Assembly: GCA_965649765.1 (NCBI GenBank)
Contig: OZ287755.1
Span: 29,326,001-29,390,000 of the forward strand
DNA: 64,000 bases
Reading direction: 5' to 3'
Origin: Bispira polyomma
Taxonomy: Eukaryota
Within the stretch, counting starts at the first letter, position 1; each line of letters opens with the position of its first letter. A program made the position numbers and the translations under genes. The notes under the pieces were generated by a model. It made no database searches. It worked only from the letters and a program-made list of their open reading frames with translations, and had not been told where the DNA came from. Below are positions 1 to 13,928 of this stretch, piece by piece.

Positions 1-215
1 AGCAGAGTATACTTGATTGAGGGACAGCCGGCTTAGGGGCGAGTTGAGCCTTGACCGTGTCGCGTTCGGTTCCTGCTTCCATAAACTTGCCCTTGGCCTG
101 GCTGCCAAGGGAATTCGGAGCTCTGCGAGCAGGGACCGGCCGAGGCTAGGCGAGTCGGTGCCGCAGGTCTGGGGCTCAATCCGTTCCGGGCTGGTTCATT
201 GCCTTCCAATATTGT
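1..215 (-). repeat. GC-rich dispersed repeat, inverted homolog of 17540-17720
   Basis: acttgcccttggcctggctgccaagggaattcggagctctg at about 86-126 is the reverse complement, with one mismatch, of about 17610-17651; similarity extends on both sides. Confidence 0.8.
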
Positions 216-429
216 AGTTGGAATTTGGTATGGTTTATCATAGTTCGTTTGTACACTTCTTTGAAAAATTTTGAATTTCCAGAGGGATCTTACTCATTCC
301 ATTGTTACAATAAGGCCAAGTCACCCATTGCTTGACCTTGTGAATTAGGGATAAGTAAGTTAGGGGTATGGCTATGTTAACGGTAAAATTACTGGTTTAG
401 TTACATCTTATCCCTTCCTTAAGGTTACT

Positions 430-720
430 CCTCACCTACAGGACGTAGAGTAATATAGACTGACTCTAGGGTAGCTGGGCACCCTTAGGCTGTCGCTAAT
501 GTCAGAAGTTCGCTTCAAGTACTTCAATAAATGATAAAATATATTTATAAACTGCAGTGCACTAGTATTGCTAAATAACAAAAATTTAATAATTTAGATT
601 CTTACACCATTTACTTTCCCTTTTCCCCACCTACAGGATGTAGAGTAATATAGACCGGCTCCAAGGGAGCTGGGCACTCTTGGGCAGTCGCCATTATTTG
701 AAGCTTGCTTCAAGTATTTA
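430..720. repeat. Two diverged copies of a ~100 bp repeat (about 430-530 and 625-720)
   Basis: cacctacagga(c/t)gtagagtaatatagac...agctgggcac...gtcgc...gcttcaagta present twice. Confidence 0.85.
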
Positions 721-2164
721 AAAATTGCTGGATATGTAGATGATGTATGTGATTATAAATATGTGTATTAGTTGTCTTAGTAAGGCAACTTTATTTGAAT
801 GGCCATGATTATGGCTTGATTATTGCCCAGTACAGGGGTAATAGTGTTTATTCTAACAATCAGTTTATGCCAGGTTTATGGCCATGTACTGGGTTAGGAA
901 CTAGTTCGCTAGTATGTTCAGGGGAAAGATTCAGTTAGGCATTGCCTTATGGATATATAACACACCCTATGCTTCTGTTATGTCAAAGTCGAGTTAAAAT
1001 GGGGCTAGTCCCTCAGATTATAATGAAGTTATTTTAATTATCTTAGTATACTATTATTATGTATGTTGCTGGTAGTAATTACTTGTATAAACACTATACA
1101 ACATTATAGTATTATGTCTTGCATACATGATCCTACTGTATTATTTGATGAAGGGATCTTAATGTTAATATTCTATGTTATTGGTATGGCACTTGTTAGT
1201 GGGTGTCAAAAAAATTTCAAAATAATTTTAAAATTTTTATTACTTTACATCTTATCTGTACATGTACATATATACTAACGTGTAAAAAATAAAATCCTCA
1301 AACAGAGTTTTACTGACTTATAAACTTTTTCCAACAAACTTCTTTGGGAATCATCTTAACTTATTGCTTTCACATCTTAGAACTTGGACTGTTAGATGTT
1401 GTTGTTCTATACGCTATATTTCAAAAATCTTAACTATTCCTAAACAACCATGTAATTTTTTCCAGGTCCTAATTTGATTGTTTTGCTCCTGGACCTAAAT
1501 TTTTGAACACGTACGCCGGATGTTACAAATCATATATATAAACATGAGAACAAACAGGGATAATTTATACAAAGACATAAAATAAATTTCACATATCGGC
1601 CATCGTTTGTCACAAATCACGAACATAAAAATGTAGGCTCAGGGCTAGATTTTAAATTTGGGCAAACATTAAAAAAAAAATCAGTTGAGTTTAAAAATGT
1701 ACTATTAAAAATGAGTACTGCTGTCTCTTTGATGTTTATCAATAAAGGTTGAAATTTCTAAACTAGTTCTGATGACATAACCTTTCCATGCAATAAGAAA
1801 TTGTATAAAAGTTATGATGTAACTAGAATACGATATATATATATAAATCTTATCGAAGCTAAGTTTACAAAGATTATATTTTATCTTTAGTAATAAAATA
1901 TATCTTATGTTATAGGTGTTCGCAAAAAAAAAAAACCAATAGCTATTTTAATTTAAGTTACTTTAATTATATATATCACAGCTAATACAAATATTTAATT
2001 TATGCCTCTCCATTTTTAACATAAAGTATGAAAATATACTATTTGTACGTCAAAAGTAATTTTCTTAATTCAGCATCTGTACTCTTAAACTCTATACATA
2101 TGCAGTCAATCCCCTTTAAGTAGAACAAAGACATACTTAGTCTTACAGAGTTATTTCGTGTAAG

Positions 2165-2380
2165 AGTTGTTTATTTTTTATTTTATGGCAAAAATAGATC
2201 TTCAAGCTTAACACTACCAAATTATACAGTAGAAAAAAAACAAAACAAGTATGACTCATAGTTGTTTATTTTTATTTTATGGTAAAAAATAGATCTTTAA
2301 GCTTAACACTACCAAATTATTCATGAGGTATAAATAATGAAGAAAGAACAAACATGACTCATAGCTGTTTATTTTTATGA
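2165..2380. repeat. Tandem ~96 bp duplication
   Basis: gttgtttattttttattttatgg..aaaatagatctt.aagcttaacactaccaaattat at 2165 and 2261, with a partial third copy near 2355. Confidence 0.8.
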
Positions 2381-2828
2381 AATGTTTGTTTCCACAGACG
2401 ATAATCGTTATCATATCTCACGATTTATGGCAGCTGAAAAAATAGATTGAACAGTTTGATGTTTAGATTGGTTATTTCTGTGTGTACCTGTATGTGTGTC
2501 TGTGTGGGTGGGTAAGTCAGCTTTTAGCTATCAGCAGTAGACATAGATCTACACACACAGTCATCTGGGGATAGTAGCCTCGCTCGGCATATTATTATTA
2601 TTATTATTATTAAAATATTTATAAAATATGTACATAGAGTTTATATATTGTGCTTACAATAGTCCCGATATTAAAATATGTAGGTAATAAGTTTTAGAAA
2701 GGGCATATTTTAATGTAAATTTTTTTTTTCATTTTTATGCCTTTTTATATATATAAATAATTTAATGTATGACAAATGTAAGCCTGCACCAGGCTAATGG
2801 TTTGTACTGCCACCTTTGGCTGTCCAAC

Positions 2829-2832
<4 letters not shown>

Positions 2833-2864
<32 letters not shown>
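2833..2864. repeat. (CA)n microsatellite
   Basis: Direct reading. Confidence 0.95.
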
Positions 2865-2870
<6 letters not shown>

Positions 2871-5179
2871 CCTCTAAACTGTCTCTACCCATGGATACCA
2901 GTCTGTGTTTTCTCAGGATACCAGTCCACTTCCTGCTCTCTGGATCTCTGGATCTCTGTCTCTCATTCTTTCTTCATACTTTTCTTCAGACACATATGGA
3001 TTGGTTGCTAATAGTCAAAAGTTGGATGCAAGATAATGTGGGATATATAATAACATTTATATAATGTCAAAACACTGTCTAACATCAAGGCAGACATTTT
3101 TTCACTATCAATTAATGTTAGCAATATCATAGCTGCTCAGTTGGGATTGTAAAAACTAATTCCTAGTGACAATTTGATATTAAACTGACTAATAGTGAAA
3201 ATTAATGCCAGAAAATTTTCCTCAAATTTATAAATTAGTGCAATTTTGGTTGCATCTGAAATGCATCTGAAATGATTTATGAATAATACCTATATAAGAG
3301 GTGTTGGGATCATTTGGATGACAATTTCAAGGATTTAATGTTAATTTCTTAATATGTGGATATAATATATATTACCAGCATATGAATCTAATCTATACAC
3401 CTGTGGATATAGTTATATTACACTGTGTTGGTTGATAAAATGGTGTAAAACTAGCATAACTACACACTTAATGATAAAAAAAAAACAATATCTAAACGGC
3501 AATTAAATGTGTAAAACTAGGCAGACAGTTATATTTTTTTTATAAAACTTGAAGCCATTGCTTCCTGCAAGATTTGAACGTGAAACAGATTCAGTTTTTT
3601 TAGCATACAGCCTTTGCAATGAAGACGAGTCGATATTCACGAATGAATGACATTGTAAGTATAGAACTGTGTCTTTTATTTGATAACAAACATACAACTC
3701 ATTTAGTGCTGTGTCAATGTCATTTGTTATAAGTTTTTCTTGTAAAACATGCTGTCCAAGTTCCCTCTATACTGTACACTTTGTCATGAAGTTTAGATCT
3801 ATCGTTATTATAGAGAGAACTGATCTTTGTGTTTTGTTAACTTGAAAACTCTATATATATATATATAAACTATAGCACCCAATTGATGGCAATGTATACT
3901 GTAAGGTGCTTGCTCCGTAAGTCCTGCAACATTGGCTTGTTATCAGATGGAAATTGTGTGTTGACATCGCATATTGTAACTCGTAGTCTCATTTTTTTAC
4001 GCCGCACATGTGTCCACCTTCATCTGGTATTTGGAGCGCTAAATTAATGTTTTCCTGACTGTAACAGTCCACTGCACCAGTTAATGTCATTCCTAACTGA
4101 AAAGAGAATTCAACCAAAGAATATTTATAATTGGGAGGTCTATTGTACAAGATGTGACTGTGTTTACAAGGAAAAATATAACATTGGTGAAATTTGGATA
4201 TAATATTGTAACTATACAGTATGACCAAACATGTTACAGATAGAATTTTACCATCACATCACAAGTGTTACCTCAGCTGACACAGCCTCTAAAGCTAACC
4301 TTTGGTTTGTCCAGAAAAATTGTACCCATCTTTACTGCAATTTATTATGCTTATAATCTAGACAAAAACCAACGCCAAGAACTGAAGCAATAGGTTACAC
4401 TGTTACACTGATAGCAGGAGTCACTAAAACTCACAACAAAACTACTTCCGGTATCAAACAACTAGCATCAAACAACTAGCTCGCGTATAAATTTTTACAC
4501 AGAGAAGTCTGCTTTTCTAACAGTTTCTTACTACGAGACACTAAAGGAAAACAAAAATATATTAATATATTTGGGGTGTTGACTGCTTGCCGACAGATGT
4601 AGGTCATGGGAATTGCAGTGAAAAACGTCTTTCTCGACAAAAATTGCCATCTAGTACTTCTACTGTGTCATAGCCAGCATTATATTTTATTTCCCCCCTC
4701 CACCCCACCCCACCCACCCTCACTATTTATTTCTGTCACAGTCAACACAGTCAACACAGTCAACACAGTCAACAACTTGTTATTGTTACCTTTTTGCTAA
4801 GAGTGTAAAAAATGTATATACATTACTTGTAGCATAACCGTACTCAACACAAGTAACTTTAAATCTTCTTTTGGCAGATTAATCTCCCACTCCCCCATAT
4901 CAGGATGGCAAAGAGTATTTCCTCTTTTTAGAAAGTTTAATTATTTTTCAAACAAGCCTTTTCTAACATATAGCTTTCTGTCCCCTTGGCTGAATGCTAA
5001 TATTTTGTCGACCACCTTGGCTATATAATACGATTTTGTCTATGACTAGGATGACACTTTGAGTTCTCCTTGAGGCAAAATTTAGCACCTAAAAGGGTGA
5101 GAGAGTAGGAATTCAAAATAGCACATTCAGACGCACATTTATTTGATTTTAAATACAGTTGATCAATTTTAAGGAAACT

Positions 5180-5412
5180 AGGGGCCGTGGTAGCTTAGTG
5201 GTGATAAACATCTGCTTTAAAATCTCTATCCTTTCACCTCTAGGGATCGACAGATTGACAGATTTCTTCTTCATGAAAAAAGTCTGTCAAGTACTTGCCG
5301 TATGTCGGTGGTTTTCAGTGCTTCAGCACTGGTTTCCTGCGCCACTAATCGAAGCCGTCACGATATGACCAATGCTGTTGAAAGCGATGTAAGAACAAAA
5401 TAAACAAATAAA
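5180..5412 (+). mobile_element. tRNA-derived SINE with V-domain-like centre
   Basis: A-box-like ggtagcttagtggt; V-like ggtggttttc...ctggtttcct; A-rich tail. A related copy lies on the minus strand at about 30005-30180. Confidence 0.65.
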
Positions 5413-6336
5413 TTCTTAAGGATACTACAGCCTTAGTTATGGCTAATATAGAAGGTACACAATGAAGGGTTATCATCATCCAGTGCATGTTTGTTATAAA
5501 TTAGTCATATTTCCACCACATTTGCTTGCCAAAATTAGTCTCTTTTTGTGTCGTATGCAATTTTACACCATGGAGATGTATTATTACGACAGTGTGTTGA
5601 CACCAGATTACAGGATAACTGTGCAAATATATTTTCTCATTGTTAACATCTGTAAAGGAGGTTATGCCATTCTGTTGGTTTGTTTGACACCTAAAATAAA
5701 TGGTGAATATCACAACTTAGTTTTTGCCAATAATAGCAATCAGTACTTCTTTTGTCATATCTTGAATTGTTTCAGTAAGACATTGGGAAAATGTAAGCAC
5801 CACAGCTTCCTCATTATTCCACATTCACATCCTTGTCGTGATTTTGCTTGCAATGACCATGTGAGCAGCATGACCATTATGAAATCTTAATGCATCGCTT
5901 GAAGACAATACCACATGTGTTTAGACCAGCGGTGACCCAAAGGCAACCTTATTGAATACTTGTGTGTGAAGTAAGATTGCCCCCTCTGAGTGCTATCAAC
6001 AGAAAATGTGTACGAAGATCTATCGCAATTGCCATATGTTTGCAACAAGATTCAGTTCATACCTTGTACAATCTCTGTAATCATGCTCACCTTCTGAGGT
6101 TACAAAGGGGATTAATCCTGATGTAATAAGCATAATAATTCTCTTATTAAAATGACCATATCATATTTCTTCTTTGTCATTTGATGAGTAGGTATATATT
6201 ATGGCTTACAATTGTATGTGTATGTTTTAGCACTTACGATTGATGTAGAGTCAGTCAGAGCACACAAAAACTACAGTGCCTATCTGTGGTACACATGGTA
6301 CGGCAGAAGAAGTCCATGGAGGAGTGTTTAAGGAGA

Positions 6337-6641
6337 ATACCCGTATATGAGTGGTAGGCAAGATACCGGTATATGTGTGGTAGGCAAGATACCAGTATAT
6401 GAGTGGTAGGCAGGATACCTGTCTATAGGCGTTAGAGAGAATACCCATATATGGGCGTTAGGGAGGATACCCATATATTGGCAGTAGGGAGGATACACGT
6501 ATGTGGGTGGTAGGCAGAATACCTGTATAAGGGCAGTAGGGAGGATGCCCCGTATACGGGTGGTAGGCAGAATACCCGTTTTGGGGCAGTAGGGAGGATA
6601 CCTATATATGGGCAGTAGGGCGGATACCTGTATATAGGCGG
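6337..6641. repeat. Minisatellite, 26-27 bp unit, about 12 copies
   Basis: Unit atacc.gtatatg.gtggtaggcagg with the variant atacc.atatatgggcagtagggagg. It explains the spurious minus-strand ORFs here. Confidence 0.92.
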
Positions 6642-7629
6642 TATCATACACTGCTGGCCAAGTCGGAATTTGTTTAACTCTTTCGACCCAGTAGGAATAG
6701 CAATAGGAAATTATTAGTACAGCAGACTCCTTTGTTTAAAAAATATATGTCAATCAACAAATAATACTCTTTAAATTTTACTTTGAGGTTGACAGGTTGA
6801 CCGATAATTTTTTTCGTTATAGGTGGACAGATAGATAGGGAGATATTATTTTTTTATTTTACTTTTAGGTAGACAGGTTCAAAGGTTGACAGTTAGACTG
6901 ATGATTTTTTTTATCTTATAGGTAGACAAGTTTACAGGAATAAGTCAGTGACTTCATCAGCTGACGTAATTAATTTTAGCAAACGAATATGTGACCGATT
7001 CATCCGTCACTGATTGCTTAGTGAATTCTGGATGTAGTCAGTGGGGTGTGATATATTGACTGCAACTGTACTTGTAACATTTCCTTCAGTTCCCGGTAAT
7101 GCTTTTTTCTTGGGGTTGATTGGGTTAAAGCATTAATAATTGTACAACAATTACTCTGCTTATGGATTGGTAATTCACACCATAGATTACAATAAGTTTA
7201 AACACCATTACAAACAGATTTGGGCGAGTAGCAATCATCTCTGACGCAGGTAGATAAGGTTTCCCTTTGTTCTCCCTGGACCCCCCCACCTAACTCCCTC
7301 ACCACTAGCCCCTCCTACCAGAGTCACTGTAGAAGAATGCTGAACATTTGTGTGAGGACTCTGCAATAACAATAGCTCTAATAACCTCTCTCACCAGAGG
7401 AAATCGTCTCTCCACCTCTCCACTATTTTTACTAATGAACTAACAAGTTTGAGATATCATTTTAAACAACTTCTGAATGAAATTGTCATCCTTCCAGTAT
7501 TCGTTTCATAACAAAAGGCTTTCGCAAAAGAAACTCTCGAAACCTTGTTTTCCGCCATAACATTTGTATTGCTAATTGTGACTTGACTCATTGATCACAC
7601 ACCTTTCGCCTTCTATCAGACTACTCATA

Positions 7630-7942
7630 CACAGTTGGATCTCGATTAAGAAGTAAGACACCAAGGAATTTCTGGACATGTTAGTGTTATAGAAGTTCAG
7701 CATTATTGTTATGTCTATCAGAAAGTCTCATTCTATTTAAAACTGCTTTAATTGATGAAGAACCTTTATTTTACCAACATCTTGGGAGGGCGAGAATTTG
7801 TTTGGATAATATAAGGTCTGTGAAATAGAAGTGGCATTTTAGTATAAAACAATAACAAGGAATAAGTTTGGGAGAGTGAAATTAACTCCGTAAAATCAAA
7901 TATCCGGATAATAGAGGGTTGGATAATAGAGGTTCTACTCTG
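7630..7942. mobile_element. Degraded Tc1/mariner/pogo-type MITE
   Basis: Right end ggataatagagggttggataatagaggttctact has the CAGT.GAACCTC..TTATCC TIR style; the left end cagttggatctcgattaa is a weak match. Confidence 0.45.
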
Positions 7943-8865
7943 AATTACTTCCAACTAGAATCAGTCTTTCTGATTCAGCTTGAACCTCAGACAAGGCTAT
8001 ACTTAACAATAGATGTTGTACAACTATTACTGAAGGATGATAACGTAAGAAACCAACTCACTCTAGAGCTGGACTGAGTCACAGTTGGGTAGCAGTGTCG
8101 GTCTATACAATAGCATAGGCTTTAGCATAGCCTTTGTGAAATATGTATCGACACCAGATTAAAGCTTGTGAGTGAATATCATTCCCCCCTTATTTATCAG
8201 TAATACACTGGTTGGTACTGGCTGATAATGTATTTATATGCCAAGAAGTAAAATATAGTGAGTACGATAAATATAGTACCTCTATTTATTTTTAAGGCAA
8301 TAGATTGTGCACAATATAGGAAGGAAGTGCACCTTCACTTTCATATGGTCCAAGTTGTTAAGGAGGTTGTCTGGTATTTGTGAAAGTGTTGTAGAGAGAC
8401 TATACCTCTTTAAATGATGAAGGGTAGTTTAATGGTGACCGAAACCAGTACTGATGAATTGGTCAAAAACTAAAACAATTCTGTTCTATGACAATCAGGA
8501 AATCTGCTGCTAAGTTTTTCCACATACTTGTCAGGACGGAGATTAGAACTCACTTCTACAGGGGAGTGTTTTAGAATTTCTATAGTGTAAGAAATTAGGT
8601 TATATCAAAAGAACAAAACTAGTGGTGGCACTTATATTATTACACCATTAAAGCCAAACCATATTCTACAGAACACCTGATGTATGTGTCACTTATTATT
8701 GTCAATGTTAACCTTGCTCAATGCTCAAGGCCTTGACGACAAAAGTAGTGTAGGTTCAAGACAGTTTTTTTTTTTCATAAGACGTGAAACGTGGTTGAGA
8801 TAGCGATCGTGTTATGTGTTTACGTTACTAATCCCTTAAGGAAAAATACTTTCTTTTTGCTGTGT

Positions 8866-9160
8866 TAAACCTACCAAGGGAGCTGGATCTAGAGCATTCT
8901 CAACCACTGTCCCACATGTTATGGAATAGTCTCTCAGTTGAGTTTAGATCACTAGAAACACTTTCTGTGTTTAGGAGAGAACTTACAGCCTATCTTTTCA
9001 AACTCGCTTATCCCCCTTCTTTCCCTCCATGTACACACCCACATCCTTCCTTACGACCTGGCTATGGTTTAATGACTTCTCAATTGATAATGTTGTTGGA
9101 CTTCAGAAGATGCCTCGTATCAACAACGAAGTTAGAAATCAAAATACAGTACAATATTCT
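8866..9160 (+). mobile_element. L2/CR1-group LINE 3' end fragment
   Basis: Encodes GSRAFS...LWNSL...R...L..F...L..YLF..AY, the typical L2 ORF2 C-terminus. Homologous to 29510-29830 on the minus strand. Confidence 0.75.
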
Positions 9161-9207
9161 TTGGTTGCTAAGACCAGACTCCTATGTGGGAACATAGAAA
9201 TTATAAA

Positions 9208-9575
9208 TGTCTCTGTGGCCTGCCTAATGGTTAGAAGATTCTACTCTGGGTTAGAGGGTAGCCAAGATTGATCTTATTTACAGGTCTTGAGATTCGCCCT
9301 TGGTTTGCAAGGTACCCCACAACAAAGTTGTCCTTTCTCTATCCAAATTTATAACTAGTACCTGGCCAGCTAAGGGGTGTTACTCTTTGCCTTGCATGTG
9401 GCAGCAGCATGACTAGTATGGAGCTTAGAGTGAACAATTGCTTCACACAGGGAACAAACTCAGGCTGGTGTGTAAATTGTAACTTCAGAACTGGTTTGTA
9501 AATTGTGAAAAGTCCTCATTTGTCGGTGTACAAGAGTCCCCATTCGTGGGTGATATCATATTAGGAACCTACATA
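9208..9575 (+). mobile_element. tRNA-derived SINE family A, degraded copy
   Basis: Shares gtctctgtggcct, aaagttgtcc and gtacctgg...gggtgtta.tctttg with the copies at 13580 and 50025. Confidence 0.65.
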
Positions 9576-9584
9576 CTTACATAT

Positions 9585-9925
9585 GTGATCCCCTGTGATC
9601 CAGTGGTTAGGGTGTTGATCTGATGATCAGAAGGTCCCCAGTTCAATTTCCGGTACCGGCCTCTAGTTTCTTTTGGTAGGATAATATCCCTGGGCAAGAT
9701 AGAAACACAAGTTTGCCTAATGGCTTAGATGATCACTTAAAATGGCGTTCCTCTGTCACTGAGTTATATCTCCAGTGGAAGATTAAAGATCCTTGGGGAC
9801 GTTATTAAATGGTCATCCTCAAGCCTCGGGGCCCATATTGGCAGCCCATGAGGAAACGCATTTGAACTGACCCTGTGTGGTACAAGTGCGCTATAACAAA
9901 TGTCATATTCATTTTTTTCATTTCA
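9585..9925 (+). mobile_element. tRNA-derived SINE, possibly with a Deu-like central domain
   Basis: A box tgatccagtggttag, B box agttcaatttcc, central ttaaagatcc block and LINE-type tail gcgctata with cattt repeats. Confidence 0.55.
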
Positions 9926-12900
9926 TATACAATGAGTAGAGCATATATGATATGTTCTTTTGCACGACTAGAACATTTGATCAGCTTATTAATATCTTTT
10001 GCAACAGAGCCTAGGTAAGACTGCCACAGTGTATATCACATTTTAGTTAATTAATATCAAGGACTCTGTTATCACCTGATAAACTATAACACTGGAAGAC
10101 CATCATAAACAGAGCAAATAGAGAAGGTTTGGGCATTTACCTTATCACTGGGCAAGTCTCTGATTGTAGGCACATTTTCGTGTTCTTAGCTTAAACATAG
10201 TTAAACTATCCTCTTTGTAAAACCATATGTTGTTATATGCATCAAGTTAAGTGGGGTCTAGTCTGAAGAAGATACCATTAAATGTTGAATCAGATAGGGT
10301 AAATGCAGGAGTGTTTCCCTTTTGGACACTGAGATACTTTGGCGGAGCTATGCATCAATCTAGTAAACTCAATATTCTGCGAACATGCTTCAAGTTTGGT
10401 CAGTTGAAATATGAATTTATACATTGCGATTAGAATTATATGCAATTCTATCTGCTGTGTAACTCACATTACCTGCATCTCAACAAGAATCCTACTTTTC
10501 CTACTAATACATATACATATGCTTTTAGAGTTGTATTTATATCAGGGATATTAGTCGTATACTTAAATTCAACTGAATACATATATATTCTCTGTGTATG
10601 TTTGTGTGAATAACCAAGACCTGCTATTTTCAAATTTTAATAGAGAAGCTTTTCTATGAGGAATTTAAATTATGAAGTCAGTTATTTTTATATATAATTC
10701 ATGTACACAATAAAGAGAAATCCATTAAGCCATGGCTTTGTGAGTTGAAGATACTTTATCATGATTTCAGGCCAGTGTTTATAGTTAACGGAGCCCAACT
10801 AATAAGTTGTACTCGGTCTGTGAGTATAAACACTTCCTCCTTCAGTATAAATAACAGGGGCTGCATACATCTATAAAACATCTCAAAGAGCTTTAACTTT
10901 AAACTAACAATATTCTCTCAAAAAGCATTCTTTAGCTTTGTGACCAATAGGGCTAGCTAGAATGTGACTATGTATTTGAGCTCCTCACTGACAGCTCTAA
11001 AATGAATGGTAACATGGTCTAGGTTAATTCCCATTAATAATGAATCACGTATATATGTTTTTTGTAGTTAAGTTTAAGGTTTTAGTAACGTAAACACATA
11101 AACGGGCCGTGAATAAAGCATGCTATTTTTACGAGAGCCATTCCTACTCTGTATATCAACTATGAGGACTTTAAAAGTACACTTTAGTAAGGGTTTTAAC
11201 CATTTTTATGTGTCCAGACAATTTAAAAGGTTAATAATATGCTACAAAATTATAAAAAAAAAACACCCATATAACCATCCTTGTGTTGTGACGTCACACA
11301 ATTTGAAAATCTATGTAGAACGTCATATTTGTAAACAAATCTCAGAGAGAGCCCTTTCTATTGTGACGTAATACGAGTATTGATCCAGCATATATCAGTA
11401 CAAGATATATGCTACACAACTTTATAAAACATCTATATTATTTCTAGTGATTTACATTTTTTCAATATGTTTCCCTATTTTATAAAAACAAAGAATACAA
11501 AACATCTTTCTGTTTGGAAGTGTGTAACCTAAATGTTTTTCTAAAATTATCCCCGTTTTTGTGCTTATTTTGAAAAACGAATTCATTCAAAATAATGCTA
11601 ATGTTTTTCTTTTTCTATTCATGTGCAATACTTTAGTATTGATCCCTTCTTGTTATATGAATTGTGTCACGTTTGTGAAGCATGTACTTTGAAAATATTA
11701 CCCATTTTAGTTAGAATTTTACACACTGCTATATTCATTGTATGTCTCAAGATACCTATTAAAATGATATATAAGATATATGAATTAGTATATTTTGTTA
11801 AAATATATTTCATTCTTTATTATTTCTACTTATGAAAATGTACATATGTTATCCATAAATCGAGTTTAATGCCACAAAGTAAAGGTTGTGCAGTTTCTGA
11901 GAAGCTCAAGCATACATACGTGGTTTAGCGGTGATAGTTTTTTGTGTTTACGTTACTAAAGCCTTAAGCACTTTAACATTTCTCAGATTGTATGCCGATA
12001 GCATGTCGAGATCAACTCTATCAAAGGCTTTTTTTATTTCTAGATTTGTAAATATTTGCATTTCTTTCGTTGTTTATAGTTGTATGATTAAAATAAACTA
12101 TTCTTATTTTTAGCATATATTTAAGGTTAGAACACCAAGGTTAAAACACAAATAATAAAGTAGATAACTGATATAACTTATTAACTTAATATCATTGGCC
12201 TCGATGATTGTTTCATATATAAATATACATCTCATAATTCCTGGTGACTCTCACTATTTATTTTGCAACTAAATATATTTAAGCGTACTTCACTATACTG
12301 TATAAAATAAGGCTGATTTTACAATTTCAAAAAGTTAATATCAGATGTTTCAGTAAAGAGTTTGCCTAGACATCTCCACCTGTCAATACTGGCCAGAGAC
12401 AAACCACTGGATGCATGTTATTTAAAATTATTGTTACTGTCAATTGTTTAATATAAAATATGTTTAAATCTACTTAATATGTAAGTGATGTCCTGTATGT
12501 TAAATGTTACTGGTACAGGGGTGAACAGTATAGCGGACATTAACTTAAATTAAAATCAGTATATACATTTAACAAGTAATCCGACCCTTTTGGATGCAAA
12601 GTCTGTATTTACAATGAAATTAGTGGGTTGAGTACTTTATATTTTACCGATGGCTTTTTAAATGCAACAAATTTAATGTTTTAAGTTACTGTCTGCTATT
12701 GTTGCCCCGTCCGCTCAGCTGTCCTGTCCGCTAAGCTGTCCACCCCTATGTATGATAACTTTCTATAAATAGATACATACATATCCGTACAATATTATGC
12801 TTTTCTTTCTATTTTTAACTTAGTATAAAACAAGTAAGTATAAAAATTTTGATGGTTTATCAATACGAGTATATATTGATATTTGTTTTCAAAACATGGA

Positions 12901-13579
12901 ATCTCATACAGTCGACTCCATTATCCGAACTGAAATTAGATGAATGTTTAATTTTAGGAACTCATTTTCATGTCTCCCAAACCTAAATGTTGTCACTGTT
13001 TCATACTAAAGTTCCTCTTCTGCTTTATGCAATGATCTTTTAAATTTGGTAGGAACAGGTCAGCACACCTACCCCCATGGAACAGAATCCGAACAAAAAG
13101 CGAAATGAATCACTCCCTTGTTGTTTATTTCTTTGTTTACCAGAGAAGTGTGATATATTGGTGCCCAACTAAATAGCTACCATAAATAACTTTCATTTCA
13201 GACATCTAGTTTGGTCCACATGAATAACATACACATGTATGCGTAGTTTAATGATTGGACATGGCTTATTAGGGTATCATACATGTGTAGTGCTTCATTC
13301 CAAAGAGCCATTACCTCCAAATACTTAATATTTAAAGTGATAGTAATTTACAGTTTAAGATTTTTCTGATGAAGTGACTTTTATCAGGCTCAGCCTAATA
13401 TATATTTCATTCTGTAAAAAGGTGTCGACATCTTGGAAATATTAAAGATCTTAATGGATTGGTTGGAAACAATCGACATGGCCAAACTTAGGGTTATCAG
13501 ATATAATTTTTCTCATACTGTGCGTTGGTGTCTTTAAAAAAAGGATAACACTTCTTACCTAAGTATTACTAAATAAAGT

Positions 13580-13928
13580 GGTCTCTGTGGCCTAGCGGTT
13601 AGTGTGTCGGAATTTGAATCTTAGGGATCTTTTGTGTCCATGTTTGGTCCTCGCTGCAGGCCTGGAGATGGAACCCTTGGACATAAGGTGCTTTACGCAA
13701 AGTTGTCCCTCTCTACCCAGGTGTATAAATAGGTACCTGGCTGCTAGTGGGTGTTAGTCTTTGTGTGCCCTATATGGCTGCATGGATAATATGCTTCCTG
13801 AGGGAGCTGAGACGGAACAATTGGTTGACAAGTAAAAGAACCCATGTTGGGGATGCAAACTGTAAAGTCGGTTAAGACCACCAGAGCGGTGATATCAGAC
13901 TATAAACCTACACACATTTACATTTACA
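13580..13928 (+). mobile_element. tRNA-derived SINE family A
   Basis: A box tggcctagcggttag; conserved central ctctctacccaggtgtataaataggtacc (CORE/Meta-like); tail gactataaacctacacacatttacatttaca. Confidence 0.75.

Noticed and set aside
6251-6651. Minisatellite as a CRISPR array or coding ORFs
   Set aside because: Contiguous tandem units with no unique spacers, eukaryotic context and no cas genes.
8410-8480. Possible hammerhead ribozyme (tgatga...cgaaac, ctgatga)
   Set aside because: Core is incomplete and I could not build convincing stems.
13580-13660. tRNA genes at SINE heads (also 5180 and 9590)
   Set aside because: Only degenerate A/B boxes, no cloverleaf, and each runs into SINE body and tail.
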